This document shows, piece by piece, positions 9,705 to 20,302 of a stretch of DNA of 64,000 nt. Below the pieces are notes generated by a model. It saw only the letters and a program-made list of their open reading frames with translations. It was not told where the DNA came from and ran no database searches. Origin of the DNA: Candidatus Spongiisociaceae bacterium (lineage in GTDB: Bacteria; Actinomycetota; Acidimicrobiia; Spongiisociales; Spongiisociaceae); assembly GCA_965262915.1 (NCBI GenBank), contig OZ253564.1, forward strand, positions 2,656,001 through 2,720,000, read 5' to 3'. Positions within the stretch are counted from its first letter, which is position 1. The number at the start of each line of letters is the position of its first letter. Made by a program: the position numbers and the translations under genes.

Positions 9705-9726
9705 AGTATACCGAACGTCTGTTCGA
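9705..9726 (-). promoter_or_regulatory. LexA (SOS) box abutting the -10 element of the imuA'B promoter
   Basis: CGAAC-GTCT-GTTCG at 9712-9725; minus-strand TATACT at 9705-9710. Confidence 0.85.
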
Positions 9727-9893
9727 TTGAAAGTCCGAACGCCAAGAGAATGCGCGGATAGTGAGAGAGCATGGCCGGTGGGCGAACTGGAGCGAACCAG
9801 GCGGCGGCCACCGCCACCGCCACCGAACTCAGGTCCTGGGTCTCGGCACGGACGATCTCATCGGTTGAGACGCCGTCGATGTGGGCACACCGC

Positions 9894-11450
9894 TCATGTG
9901 CCTGGCGCCGAGCGTGTGTTCATGATCAACGCGGGCCGCTCTACGGGGATCCTGTACCAGCGGCGGCACAACTCCTCGATGTGCGGGTTCATGAGGTCTG
10001 CCAGCTCTCGCCGGCGCCGGGCTTCTGGTGTGGGCTTGTATAACTCGTCGGATAGTTCGGTGATACGGTCGGCGAGACGGTCCTCGTCGACCAGCAGCGC
10101 CTCGCCGTTCTCCACCACCTTGGTGCCGCCGACCATGACGAAGTCGATGTCGGTTGCGTCGGCCCGTTCCACCACCAGGTCCAACTCGGGTGTGGTGGTG
10201 TATCGGGCGGGCGGGAATCCGATGCGGTCCTTGCGGACGCTTATCAGGTCAGCCTGATAACCCGGGGCCAGGGTTCCGACGACACCCCCGAAGCCCGCGG
10301 GAACCGCTCCCGATTCGGTGGCCGATCGCAGCAGGGTCTCCGAGGGGATGCGGTAGCCGGCAACATCGTTGGGCTCGCGCTGGAGGTAGCCGGCGAGGCG
10401 CACCTCTCCGATGAAGTCCTCACGATCGCCCGAGGAGATGCCGTCGGTCCCGATGCTGACCGTGCTCCCGGCGTCGAGGATGTCCCGGACCCGGCAGATG
10501 CCTGCGGACGAGCGTAGGTTCGAGCCGGGACAGTGGACCGGCACTGCCCCGGTGTCGGCGACGATGGCGATGTCCTCGTCGGTCGCCCACACGAAATGCG
10601 ACAAAGTGACGTCCTCGCCGAGGACACCCAGGTCGGCAAGGCGGCGCATACCCGACGGGCCGATATTCTCGACGGTCCACATCAGCTCCGAGCGGGTCTC
10701 GAGTGCATGGGTGGAGATGGTCGTTTCGTACTCGTCGGCCGCTCGTCGGCATCGCCGGTACAGCTCATCCGAGCATGCCGGCGTCCAGTCGGGAGCAAGG
10801 ATGATCCGGGATCGGCCGTTCCGCCTGTCCCACTTCTCGTAGAGTTCGTCGAAGACCCTGAACTGGTCGTCGATCGGCCAGGCGTATCCCAGCGGGGAGT
10901 TCCGTACTTCGGCCACGATCTCCGGCGGCAGCCGGGCCAGGAACACCTCGTCGTCTTCGTGCGTATAGGTGTTCTGGTCCCGCATCGTGATCCCGAGAGC
11001 GACCCGGATTCCAACGGATTCGTACGCCCGCAGCACGGCCTCGGCACCGAGCAAGGGCAGCCAGGGACGGCCGTAGAACGTGTCGATGAGGGTGGTTTGG
11101 CCTCCCTTTGCGGCGTGGATCAGCCCGTAGGTGGCCAGCAACTCGATGATCTCCTCGGTGGTGTCGATGAGCCCCGAGCCCATGTAGAGGTTGTCGAGCT
11201 CGAAGATTCGGCCGCCGATGAGCCCCGGCGCCGTCCAGCATTCGGTGTGGTAGTGCCCGTTAACGAAGCCCGGGACGATGATCCGGTCGGGGCCGCCTAG
11301 TTCGTCGTCGAAGGGACCTTTGGCTTCGATACGCTGACGGGGGCCTACATCGGTGATGATCCCGTCTTCGATTATCAGAGCACCGTCCGTGATGGTCCCC
11401 AGATCGCCGTTCGCCAGGACGGTGCTACCCCGTACCACCATCCGCACCAT
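9894..11450 (-). CDS. Metal-dependent amidohydrolase (MtaD/AtzA/TrzA deaminase-like)
   Basis: PGFVNGHYH, THALET, HFVW, HCPGSNLR, GTDG, GTLAPGYQADL; GGAG RBS before ATG 11450. Confidence 0.88.
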   Translation of the reverse strand: MVRMVVRGSTVLANGDLGTITDGALIIEDGIITDVGPRQRIEAKGPFDDELGGPDRIIVPGFVNGHYHTECWTAPGLIGGRIFELDNLYMGSGLIDTTEEIIELLATYGLIHAAKGGQTTLIDTFYGRPWLPLLGAEAVLRAYESVGIRVALGITMRDQNTYTHEDDEVFLARLPPEIVAEVRNSPLGYAWPIDDQFRVFDELYEKWDRRNGRSRIILAPDWTPACSDELYRRCRRAADEYETTISTHALETRSELMWTVENIGPSGMRRLADLGVLGEDVTLSHFVWATDEDIAIVADTGAVPVHCPGSNLRSSAGICRVRDILDAGSTVSIGTDGISSGDREDFIGEVRLAGYLQREPNDVAGYRIPSETLLRSATESGAVPAGFGGVVGTLAPGYQADLISVRKDRIGFPPARYTTTPELDLVVERADATDIDFVMVGGTKVVENGEALLVDEDRLADRITELSDELYKPTPEARRRRELADLMNPHIEELCRRWYRIPVERPALIMNTRSAPGT

Positions 11451-11578
11451 GTCACTCCAAAGTGGATCTCCAGATACAATACACCGACCGGGTTCCGGCC
11501 ACCGCGGCTCCCTGCTCGATACAGGAAGCGGCCCCGACGCCGTCAAAGCCCGCACATGACGGGAGCGAGCGGACTGCG

Positions 11579-13972
11579 ATGAGTGCCCTGATCGGCATGC
11601 CCAGCACACGACGCGAGGATGCGAGGCTCCTATCCGGTCGGGCCGCATACCTCGCCGACATACGCGTCCCCGGTGCGCTCGAGGCCGCGTTCGTGCGCTC
11701 CCCCATCGCCCACGGCACGATCACCGAGATCGATTCGACGCGGGCGCTCGCGCTCGACGGAGTGGCCGCGGTGTTCACCGGCGAAACCCTCCCGGAGCAT
11801 GCGCCGCTCGTGGACGCAGTGGGAATCGACGGCCTCGTCAAGACGCCCCAGGCGCCGCTCGCTTCGAGCCGGGTCCGCTTCGTGGGAGAGCCGGTCGCCG
11901 TGGTCGTCGCCCGGGATCGGTACGTTGCCGAGGACGGCGCCGCCCTCGTTTTCGTCGACTACGAGACGCTCCCGGCGGTGACCGATTGCCGCGCCGCTGC
12001 TCACCCGGATGCTCCGCTGCTGTTCCCCGCTCTCGGCACCAACGTCGTCTACCGGACCATCAAGACCTTCGGTGACCCCGGTGGGGTGCTGGCGACTGCG
12101 CACCGGGTGTACCGATCAGAGTTCCACGGAGGCCGGCTGACGGCTGCCCCGATGGAGTGCCGGGGATGTGTAGCAGACTACGACGCCGGACGGGGACGAT
12201 TGACGGTGTGGGCGTCGACCCAGGGGCATCATCTTCTGCGCCGACGGCTGGCGACGACCACCGGCCTTCCGGAAAACCGGATTCGGGTCATCGTCCCGGA
12301 CGTGGGGGGCGGCTTCGGCCAGAAGATCCCCGCCGCGCCGGAGGAGATCGCCGTGGCTCTCGCCTCGATCGCGCTGGGCCGGCCGGTGCGATGGGTGGAA
12401 GATCGCCGCGAGAATCTGGTCGCCGCTCCCCAGGCCAAGGAGCAGGTGGTGATCACCGATCTGGGCGTGGATGAACGTGGACGCTTTCTGGCGATGAAGG
12501 CCACCGTCATCGGGGACGCAGGCGCTTTCTCGTTCAACAGCGCCAGCGCCCTCATCGAGCCGTACCTGTCGGCTCTACTGATGCCCAGCGTCTACGCGAT
12601 CGACCATTTCGAATGCGAGATCATCGCCACGCTCACCAACAAGTCGCCGGTCTCGCCATACCGGGGTGTCGGGTGGACGGCTTCGCACACCGCCCGGGAG
12701 TTGCTCATCGACCGTATCGCCCACGGAGAAGGGTGGGATCCGGCCGAGTTGCGCCGGATGAACATGATCCGAACCGCGGACTTCCCATATACGAACGTTA
12801 CGGGAATGGTCTACGACAGCGGCTCGTTCCGCGAGTCGCTCGACGAGGCCCTCCGGATGGCCGACTACGCCGGGTTCCGGGCACAGGCCGACCCGGCGAC
12901 CACCCCTCGCCGACGCGGTATCGGTATCAGCCCCTACGTCGAACCGAACGGCTGGGGCAGCGAGGGAGCAGCCCAATCACAGTGGGTCTTTGCCTCCCAC
13001 GACGCAGCCCGGGTCACGATGGACTCGACCGGCCACGTCACTGTTGCGGTGGGCACACCCTCCCAGGGCCAGGGCCACGAGACCACGCTGGCCCAAGTCG
13101 CGGCGGCGACACTGGGCGTGCCGCCGGAGACGATCGAGGTCCGCAACGACGACACCGACGCGACGCCGCCCAGCATGGCCGGGACCCGCGCCTCTCGCAC
13201 CGCAGTAGTGACCGGCGGCGCAGTCGTGCTGGCGTCGGAGGACGTGAGGGACAAGCTGGTCCGGGTTGCCGCCCATCTGCTCGAGGCGGCCGAACACGAT
13301 GTGGTGATCACGAACGGGACCGCGTGCGTCGTCGGCCACGAGACGGCCGGTCTGCCAGTTGCAGAGGTCGCCGCCGCGGCGTATTTCGACCCCGCCGTGC
13401 GGGCCGCGGAGCCCGAACCGCTGCTCAGCTCACAGCGCTTCCACGATCCGGGCGCCACCTATTCCAACGGCTGCATGGTGGCGGTGGTCGAGGTCGACCT
13501 CGAGACAGGGGGTGTCGAAGTCCTCGACCTGGTTGCGGTCGAGGACTGCGGCCGAATGATCAACCCGCTGATCGTCGAAGGTCAACTGCGCGGGGCCGCC
13601 GTTCAGGGTCTCGGGTGTGCATTGCTCGAGAAGGTTGTCCACGACGCAGAGGGACAGTTGCTCACGAGCACGTTCATGGATTATCTGCTCCCCACGTCCG
13701 CCGACTCGCCGCGGATCCGTATCGGTCATCTCGAGTCGCCGTCCCCGAACACCGTCGGCGGGGTCAAGGGTATGGGTGAGTCGGGGATGATCGCGGTGCC
13801 GGCCGCCATCGCCAACGCGGTGGCGGACGCCCTCCCCTGCCATGCCGCTATCGACCGTCTTCCGGTTACGCCCGAACTGGTCGTCGCCCTTTCGTCGCGG
13901 CCGGCCGGCAGAAAGCACCGGTGCTCGATGCATCAGGTACGACACGACCACCGATCAAGGAGTGAGAGATGA
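11579..13972 (+). CDS. Xanthine dehydrogenase-family molybdopterin-binding large subunit (CoxL/CutL-like)
   Basis: RREDARLLSG, VRFVGEPVA, DVGGGFGQK, PYRGVG, QGQGHET, DCGRMINP..VEGQ, GVKGMGE. Confidence 0.9.
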   Translation: MSALIGMPSTRREDARLLSGRAAYLADIRVPGALEAAFVRSPIAHGTITEIDSTRALALDGVAAVFTGETLPEHAPLVDAVGIDGLVKTPQAPLASSRVRFVGEPVAVVVARDRYVAEDGAALVFVDYETLPAVTDCRAAAHPDAPLLFPALGTNVVYRTIKTFGDPGGVLATAHRVYRSEFHGGRLTAAPMECRGCVADYDAGRGRLTVWASTQGHHLLRRRLATTTGLPENRIRVIVPDVGGGFGQKIPAAPEEIAVALASIALGRPVRWVEDRRENLVAAPQAKEQVVITDLGVDERGRFLAMKATVIGDAGAFSFNSASALIEPYLSALLMPSVYAIDHFECEIIATLTNKSPVSPYRGVGWTASHTARELLIDRIAHGEGWDPAELRRMNMIRTADFPYTNVTGMVYDSGSFRESLDEALRMADYAGFRAQADPATTPRRRGIGISPYVEPNGWGSEGAAQSQWVFASHDAARVTMDSTGHVTVAVGTPSQGQGHETTLAQVAAATLGVPPETIEVRNDDTDATPPSMAGTRASRTAVVTGGAVVLASEDVRDKLVRVAAHLLEAAEHDVVITNGTACVVGHETAGLPVAEVAAAAYFDPAVRAAEPEPLLSSQRFHDPGATYSNGCMVAVVEVDLETGGVEVLDLVAVEDCGRMINPLIVEGQLRGAAVQGLGCALLEKVVHDAEGQLLTSTFMDYLLPTSADSPRIRIGHLESPSPNTVGGVKGMGESGMIAVPAAIANAVADALPCHAAIDRLPVTPELVVALSSRPAGRKHRCSMHQVRHDHRSRSER

Positions 13973-15045
13973 AGGCGGCGATGCTGCGATCCATCCCCGG
14001 CGAATTGCAGATCGAGGATATCGAGATCGGTCAGGCCGGTCCGCACGAAGTCCTGGTCCGGACGGTTGCCGCCGGCGTCTGCCGCTCCGACCACCATTAC
14101 CTCGTCGGTAAGTACACGACGCCGCTGCCGACCGTGATGGGCCACGAGGGTTCCGGGATCGTCGAAGCCGTCGGCGACCTGGTTACCCACGTGAAGCCGG
14201 GAGACCACATCGTGGCTTGCCTGTCGGTTTTCTGCGGACGGTGCGAATTCTGCCTTACCGGGCGGATGGTCCTGTGCGCCCAGGAGGGCACGATGCGCGA
14301 CATGGAACCGCCGCGCCTATCCAAGGACGGCGAGTTGATCCACCCATACAGCGCCATCGGGGCGTTCGCGGAGCAGATGCTCCTCCACGAACACGCCGTG
14401 GTGAAGATCGACGACGATATCCCCCTGCTAAGCGCCGCCACGGTGGGATGCGCCGTGGTCACCGGGCTGGGATCCGTCTTCAACACCGCGGCGGTGAAGC
14501 CGGGGACCACCGTCGCCGTCATCGGGGCCGGCGGCGTGGGCCTCAACGTGATCCAGGGCAGCATCCTTGCCGGAGCGAGCCGGGTCGTCGCCGTCGACAT
14601 CACCCCCCGTAAGCTCGTCACGGCGCGGGGGTTTGGGGCTACGGACGGGATAGGGTCCGAGGACCCGGTAGACGAGTTGCTCGATCTCACCGGGGGCGGC
14701 GTCGACTACGCCTTCGACGCAGTAGGTATCAAGGCCACGGCCGAGCAGGCGTTCGCCATGCTGCGCCCCGGGGGTACCGCCACCCTCATCGGCATGATTC
14801 CCCTCGGGGTGGATATCTCTCTCCCGGGCGTCGATTTCCTCTACGAGAAGACGGTCAAGGGCTCGAACATGGGATCGACCCGGTCCCGGGTTGACATCCC
14901 CCGATACCTCGACCTCTACCGCAGGGGACGAATCAAACTCGACGAGTTGATCGGCCGTACCCGTCCGCTCGAAGAGATCGGCGCCGCGATGGCCGACCTC
15001 GACGGGGGAACGTTGGCCCGGACCGTAATTACGTTCGGCGACTGA
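13969..15045 (+). CDS. Zn-dependent alcohol dehydrogenase (MDR family)
   Basis: GVCRSD, GHEGSG, structural-Zn CGRCEFC...C, GAGGVG. Confidence 0.92.
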   Translation: MKAAMLRSIPGELQIEDIEIGQAGPHEVLVRTVAAGVCRSDHHYLVGKYTTPLPTVMGHEGSGIVEAVGDLVTHVKPGDHIVACLSVFCGRCEFCLTGRMVLCAQEGTMRDMEPPRLSKDGELIHPYSAIGAFAEQMLLHEHAVVKIDDDIPLLSAATVGCAVVTGLGSVFNTAAVKPGTTVAVIGAGGVGLNVIQGSILAGASRVVAVDITPRKLVTARGFGATDGIGSEDPVDELLDLTGGGVDYAFDAVGIKATAEQAFAMLRPGGTATLIGMIPLGVDISLPGVDFLYEKTVKGSNMGSTRSRVDIPRYLDLYRRGRIKLDELIGRTRPLEEIGAAMADLDGGTLARTVITFGD

Positions 15046-15129
15046 GGTGGCATTCTGTGGCGCATCAGCAGGAGGGTGCCGAGCAATCCACCGCCGGTCC
15101 AAGAGGAATCGTCATTGCTCAGCACCTTC

Positions 15130-16122
15130 CTAGGGCTGGACGGCGAAGGCCGCTTCGAGGTCCACCCCGAGGCGGAGTTCGTCCCCGGCTTCCGGCACCG
15201 GCCGCCAGCGCACGACTACTTCGAGGACGATATCCTCGGCGGCCTCCAGCTTCACCAGGAAGTGGTCGCCGCGGTAGGTCCGGCTCTGCACGACGCCGAT
15301 GAACGGACCCGCCCGGTCGATCTCGAATCCGTCGGGTCGATACACGACGTACCCGCCGGCGGGGCCGTCCGGGACCGGCCATCCCAGTTCCCTGGCCCGC
15401 TGCGGGTCGATCAGGTTGTTGAAACCGAGGAATCGAGCGGCGAATTCGTTACGCGGACGGGACCAGATGTCGAGCGGGCTTCCGATCTGCTCGAGGCGGC
15501 CGGTGTTCATTACCATGACCCGGTCTGCCAGCGCCAAGGCCTCCTCCTGATCGTGGGTCACGTATAGCGCGGTGGTGCCCAGGCTGGAGAGCACTTCGCT
15601 GAGCTCGAGCACCAGGCGCTCCCGCAGGCTTCGGTCCAGGGATCCCAGCGGCTCGTCGAACATGAGCAGCCTCGGGGACGGTGCGATGGCCCGGGCCAGG
15701 GCGACCCGCTGCTGCTGGCCACCGGAAAGCTGGCCGACCCCTCGTTCCCCGAGGCCCGCCAAGCCGACCTGATCGAGGACCTCCTCGACCCGTTTGTGGA
15801 TCTCGACCTTCGGCATCGACTGCATCCGGAGACCAAAGGCCACGTTGTCAGCCACCGATCGGTGAGGAAACAGGGCATAGTCCTGGAACATCAAGCCGAA
15901 CCCGCGCTTATGCACCGGCAGCTTCGTCACATCCTGCCCGTCCCAGGAGACCCTTCCTGCAGCTGGTTCTTCGAGTCCGGCGATAACCCGCAACAAGGTG
16001 CTCTTGCCGCAGCCGCTGGGGCCGAGGACGCACACCACCTCTCCGGATTCCACCTGGATGCTCAGGTTGTCCACAGCGGTGATGTCGCCGAAACGAACCG
16101 TGAGATCATCGACCTTCAGCAC
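15130..16122 (-). CDS. ABC transporter ATP-binding subunit (ThiQ/FbpC-like, TOBE domain)
   Basis: [38 protein letters not shown]. Confidence 0.92.
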   Translation of the reverse strand: MLKVDDLTVRFGDITAVDNLSIQVESGEVVCVLGPSGCGKSTLLRVIAGLEEPAAGRVSWDGQDVTKLPVHKRGFGLMFQDYALFPHRSVADNVAFGLRMQSMPKVEIHKRVEEVLDQVGLAGLGERGVGQLSGGQQQRVALARAIAPSPRLLMFDEPLGSLDRSLRERLVLELSEVLSSLGTTALYVTHDQEEALALADRVMVMNTGRLEQIGSPLDIWSRPRNEFAARFLGFNNLIDPQRARELGWPVPDGPAGGYVVYRPDGFEIDRAGPFIGVVQSRTYRGDHFLVKLEAAEDIVLEVVVRWRPVPEAGDELRLGVDLEAAFAVQP

Positions 16123-16135
16123 ATCGGCGCCCCTC

Positions 16136-17839
16136 TCAGAAGTTCCCTACATCGCCGGCGCGGAATCGCTCCACCAGCAACATGACTACTCCGGTCACCG
16201 CCATCAGTATGACGCTCATCGCCATCGCCATGCCGAAGTTCAGCTCTCCGGGACGGCCGATGAGCCGGAATATCGCTACTGGAAGCGTGAGGATGTTGGG
16301 GCGGACGATGAACGCCGTAGCTCCGAACTCTCCGAGGGAGATGGCCGCGGCGAACCCGGCGCCGACCAGCCCCGCTTTGGCAACGATGGGTAAGTCGATC
16401 TCGCGTCCCACCCTGGCCGGGCTGGCGCCGAGCACGGCCGCCGCCTCACGTAATCGGTTGTCGATGGAGCGGATCATCGGCGCCATGACGCGAATCACGA
16501 ACGGGGCGGCCACCAGCGCGTGTGCCAGCGGGATGAGGAACCGGTTGGTGCGCAGATCGAGGATGCCCTTGTCGAGCGATATGAGGAAGCCGAAACCGAT
16601 GGTGACCGCCGAGGTCCCCAACGGCAGCATCAACAGCGAATCGAACCATCGTGACCAGCGGCTGCGACCGTAGGCCACGACGATCGAGGCCAGCCCGCCG
16701 ACTGTGAGGGCGATCAGTGACGCCACCAAGGCGAACAGCAACGAGTTGACGATGGCCTCCGTCGGAGGCACCGCCAACGTGGTGCGTCCCCCTGATTGGT
16801 TGAGATTGCGGTAATAATCGAGGCCGATACCGGTCGACGTGGTGATTGATCGCTTTACCAGGACCCCCAAGGGGACGAACAGCAACGCTCCCATCACCGT
16901 GAGATTCCCCGCGATTGTCGCCCGCGCCTTCCATGTAGTGGCGCGGCGCTCCACCTCGCTCGCAGGTCGCAGATTCAGTTCGATCGCCCGCCGCTCCTGG
17001 TAGCGCGAGTAGACGCTGAGGATCAGGAAAACACCGATGAGCTGCACGATGGCGAGGGATGCCGCGACGGGAAGGTTGAGGAACTGGGCGGTCTGGCGGA
17101 ATATCTCCACCTCGAGCGTGGCGCGGCGCGGCGCCCCGAGAATCAAGATCACCCCGAAAGAGGTAAAAGAGAAGAGGAACACGATCGAGGCCGCGGCAGC
17201 TATGGCAGGACGAAGCAACGGGAGCGTGACCTCGAAGAAGGTTCTGATTCGACCGGCGCCGAGCACGCGCGCCACCTGTTCCATACGGGGGTCGAGGTGG
17301 GCCCACATGCCACCCACCGTGCGCACCACTACTGCGTAGTTGTAGAAACTGTGGGCCAGGAGGATGATCCATATCGAGCCCTTGAGATCGATGCCGAGCG
17401 AGCCATTGGGCCCGGCGAGGGTCAGGAACGCCACACCGACCACGACCGTCGGAAGGATCAGTGGCACCGTGATCGCCGCCCGCAGGATCGACCGCCCCCA
17501 GAACCGGTATCGCGACATGATGTACGCGCCGGGGAGAGCGATGAGGACGGTCAAGATCGTCGATACCGCGGCCTGCCAGAGGGTGAACCACGCCACCTTG
17601 CGTAGATCGCGGTCCGTGAAGACGTCGGCTAACGCCTCAAGGCTGAAGACGTTGTCCGGCGTCAGGCCGCGCCATATGATCGACGCCACCGGATAGACGA
17701 AGAAGATCAGGATGAACCCGAGGGGCACCCCCACGAGGACCACCCTCAAGGCGACGCGCCTGAGGGAGTCGACCCTCGCGGAGGTGTTCCCCCGGTTAGC
17801 GATCAGCGCAGAACGGTGCTGTCCCACTCGCCGATCCAA
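16136..17839 (-). CDS. thiP: ABC permease, ThiP-like (two fused BPD domains)
   Basis: FTLWQAAVST, FLFSFTSFG, TLEVEI, EAAAVLGAS, SLGEFGAT. Confidence 0.8.
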   Translation of the reverse strand: MDRRVGQHRSALIANRGNTSARVDSLRRVALRVVLVGVPLGFILIFFVYPVASIIWRGLTPDNVFSLEALADVFTDRDLRKVAWFTLWQAAVSTILTVLIALPGAYIMSRYRFWGRSILRAAITVPLILPTVVVGVAFLTLAGPNGSLGIDLKGSIWIILLAHSFYNYAVVVRTVGGMWAHLDPRMEQVARVLGAGRIRTFFEVTLPLLRPAIAAAASIVFLFSFTSFGVILILGAPRRATLEVEIFRQTAQFLNLPVAASLAIVQLIGVFLILSVYSRYQERRAIELNLRPASEVERRATTWKARATIAGNLTVMGALLFVPLGVLVKRSITTSTGIGLDYYRNLNQSGGRTTLAVPPTEAIVNSLLFALVASLIALTVGGLASIVVAYGRSRWSRWFDSLLMLPLGTSAVTIGFGFLISLDKGILDLRTNRFLIPLAHALVAAPFVIRVMAPMIRSIDNRLREAAAVLGASPARVGREIDLPIVAKAGLVGAGFAAAISLGEFGATAFIVRPNILTLPVAIFRLIGRPGELNFGMAMAMSVILMAVTGVVMLLVERFRAGDVGNF

Positions 17840-18933
17840 CGCTCACGATTGGCCGCGATCACGCCGGGGTCGAGAATGTGGGGGTTGGCCGGGATGGCGG
17901 TGTGCTCAACGAACGCGTCCGGCAGCGGAGTGTTCGGGTTTGCCGGGAAGACGAAGTAGTTGAGCGGCAATTCCGCCTGCAGCGCATCGGTGAGCCACCA
18001 GTCGACCAAGGCCTGAGCGGCCGGCAGGTTGTCAGTGCCCTTGAGGATACCGATGAACTCGATCTGGCGGAAGCAACTCGCCTCCATAACACCGCTCGGT
18101 GCTACCTCAGGCTGGGGATCGGCGAAGATCACCTCGGCCGGAGGGCTCGACGCATAGGAGACAACGAGCGGCTGACCGCCCCCGTAGAGTGACCAACTCG
18201 TGTAGTAAGCCTCTTCCCAGCCGGCGACGATCTGAACGTCGTTGGCGCGCATGTCCGCCCAGAAGTCGAGCCAGCCCTCCTCGCCGTACTCGGCAATCGT
18301 TGCCAGCATGAAAGCCAGGCCCGGCGACGACGTGGCCGGGTTCTGGACGACGAGCAGGCCGGAGTACTCGGGCTTGCGAAGATCGTCCATCGTCTCCGGC
18401 ACGGCCAGTCCGGAACTCTCGAAGAATGCCTTGTCGTAGTTGATGCACACGTCGCCGAAGTCGACGACCGTCACCCGGTTCTCCGGATCCACTTGGAACT
18501 CGGCCGGGAGCTGGTCCGCCAGCGGCGACCGGTACGGGATGAACACGTCCTCGGCGAGCAACCGGCTGAGGAACGTGTTGTCGAAGCCGTAGAGCACGTC
18601 TCCGAGTGGATTGTCCTTCGTGAGGATCGCCTGGTTGACCATGCTGCCGACATCGCCGCCTGCAATAAGCTCGAGATCGACTCCGGTCTCCGTTCGGAAC
18701 GGTTCGAGGAGGTACTCCACCGTCGAGAAGGCGTTGTTGGTCACCAGGGTCAGTTCGCCCTCGACCATCGGGGGTGCGGCTGTGGTTGGTGCGGCTGTGG
18801 TTGGTGGAGCTGTGGTTGGTGCGGCCGTTGTCGGCTCGTCGTCTCCGCATGCAGCGGCCAGGACAGCCAACACAACGAGCACCAGCGTCAGACGGCGCAA
18901 GGTTCGCAACGTGGGACTACGCAGCCAGGCCAC
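17803..18933 (-). CDS. thiB: Thiamine-type ABC substrate-binding lipoprotein (ThiB/TbpA family)
   Basis: Lipobox LAAAC and PTTAA linker; AILTKDNPLGDVLYGFDNTFLSR, DFGDVCINYD, NPATSSPGLAF, VVSYASSP, CFRQIE; GTG start at 18933 inferred from the RBS. Confidence 0.8.
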   Translation of the reverse strand: MAWLRSPTLRTLRRLTLVLVVLAVLAAACGDDEPTTAAPTTAPPTTAAPTTAAPPMVEGELTLVTNNAFSTVEYLLEPFRTETGVDLELIAGGDVGSMVNQAILTKDNPLGDVLYGFDNTFLSRLLAEDVFIPYRSPLADQLPAEFQVDPENRVTVVDFGDVCINYDKAFFESSGLAVPETMDDLRKPEYSGLLVVQNPATSSPGLAFMLATIAEYGEEGWLDFWADMRANDVQIVAGWEEAYYTSWSLYGGGQPLVVSYASSPPAEVIFADPQPEVAPSGVMEASCFRQIEFIGILKGTDNLPAAQALVDWWLTDALQAELPLNYFVFPANPNTPLPDAFVEHTAIPANPHILDPGVIAANRERWIGEWDSTVLR

Positions 18934-19295
18934 GCTTCCTCTCGATCCGGTATCCGGGTTCATTTCGCATCCGTCCTGACTCTCGTTGTGATCGGCCTCC
19001 CGGCCCGGGCCTTCTCCGATCATTGTCGCTGGGCGATAGTACCCGACTACCGAAGTCGTTGTCTCTATGTACTCGACGGCTCAAAGCTGTCAAAAAAATA
19101 CCAATACCGCGCCCCTGGGCAATGGGAGGCTCACGGGAGGGAACGGTGTCCTGCCGGTGAGGAAAGGGACGATGGCGGCAACAGAACCGGTTGACGTGTG
19201 GTCCGTTCCGGGCGAGTTGGTGGGCCTTGAGCCGGGTAGCTTTCACGCGTGCTCAGGCCGAAGCCGGATCTCCATATCCGGACCGGTCCGCGATC

Positions 19296-20048
19296 CTAGA
19301 TCTCGGCCAGGCGCTCCAGCCCGAGGCGGATCATCCAGTCGCTGATCAGGCTCGACAGGTCCGTGATCCTCCCGGTGATGAACAGCCATCCGAACACCAC
19401 CATCAGGAGGCCCGACGCCACATTGATCTTCCGGAGGTGGCGCTGGAGGAGCCTGATTCCCGAGTAGACCTTGGTCACCCCTATGCCTGCCGCGATGAAC
19501 GGTATCCCCATACCCATCGAGAAGAGGAACAGCAGGAACATCCCCCTCCCCACCGTTTCCTGGGTGGCGGCCTGGGTGAGGATGGCGGCCAGGACCGGTC
19601 CGATACACGGTGTCCATCCGAACCCGAACGCCATGCCCATCAAGGGAGGCGCCCACCCGCCCAGGCGGGAAGGTCGTACTTCTAGCCGCCGTTCCCTCGC
19701 CAGGAAGGCCAGGCGCGGCGAGTTGCCGAGCGCCATAACCAGGATGACCACCCCGAACAGCACGATGAGCCACCCGGCCACCTGCGTGATGATGGTCTTG
19801 TTACGGATCAGCAGGCCGGCTATCGAGGTGGCGCCGGCCCCGAGCGCTACGAACACCACGGTCAACCCTGCTACGAACAGCACGGTCACCCGGAGCATCC
19901 GGAGGGTCGACGCCTTCCCCTGCTGCAGATCGGCTACGGAATACCCGGACATCAGCGCCAGGTAGCCCGGGAGCAGGGGGAGGACGCAGGGCGATACGAA
20001 CGAGAGGACCCCGAACACGAAGGCGCTCAGGTAACTGGCGGGTTCCAT
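19296..20048 (-). CDS. ccdA: Cytochrome c biogenesis protein CcdA
   Basis: SFVSPCVLPLLPGY and GWTPCIGPVL signature cysteine motifs. Confidence 0.93.
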   Translation of the reverse strand: MEPASYLSAFVFGVLSFVSPCVLPLLPGYLALMSGYSVADLQQGKASTLRMLRVTVLFVAGLTVVFVALGAGATSIAGLLIRNKTIITQVAGWLIVLFGVVILVMALGNSPRLAFLARERRLEVRPSRLGGWAPPLMGMAFGFGWTPCIGPVLAAILTQAATQETVGRGMFLLFLFSMGMGIPFIAAGIGVTKVYSGIRLLQRHLRKINVASGLLMVVFGWLFITGRITDLSSLISDWMIRLGLERLAEI

Positions 20049-20302
20049 GTTCCTCCGCGCTCGCCGGTGGGAATCGCCCTCACGGTTCTATCTTCGCACG
20101 AACGCCGCCCGAGACAAATGCGGCGTCCGTGGATGCCGGATGGTCTACCGGTCGAGACCGCCGGAGTCCGATATGCCGGTATGACAGTCTTTTCTCGCTC
20201 TTGGGTAGTCTGTGGGGCGATGGCCCATGCGATACCGACGTGCTTCGGAACCCCGGGCCGATCCCGCACCCGCTATCCGCCGGTACCGCCAGGATCGAGA
20301 CC

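Noticed and set aside
11579-13972. Aerobic CO dehydrogenase (form I coxL)
   Set aside because: The active-site loop is PYRGVG, not AYRCSFR, and no coxM/S/D/E/G genes are nearby.
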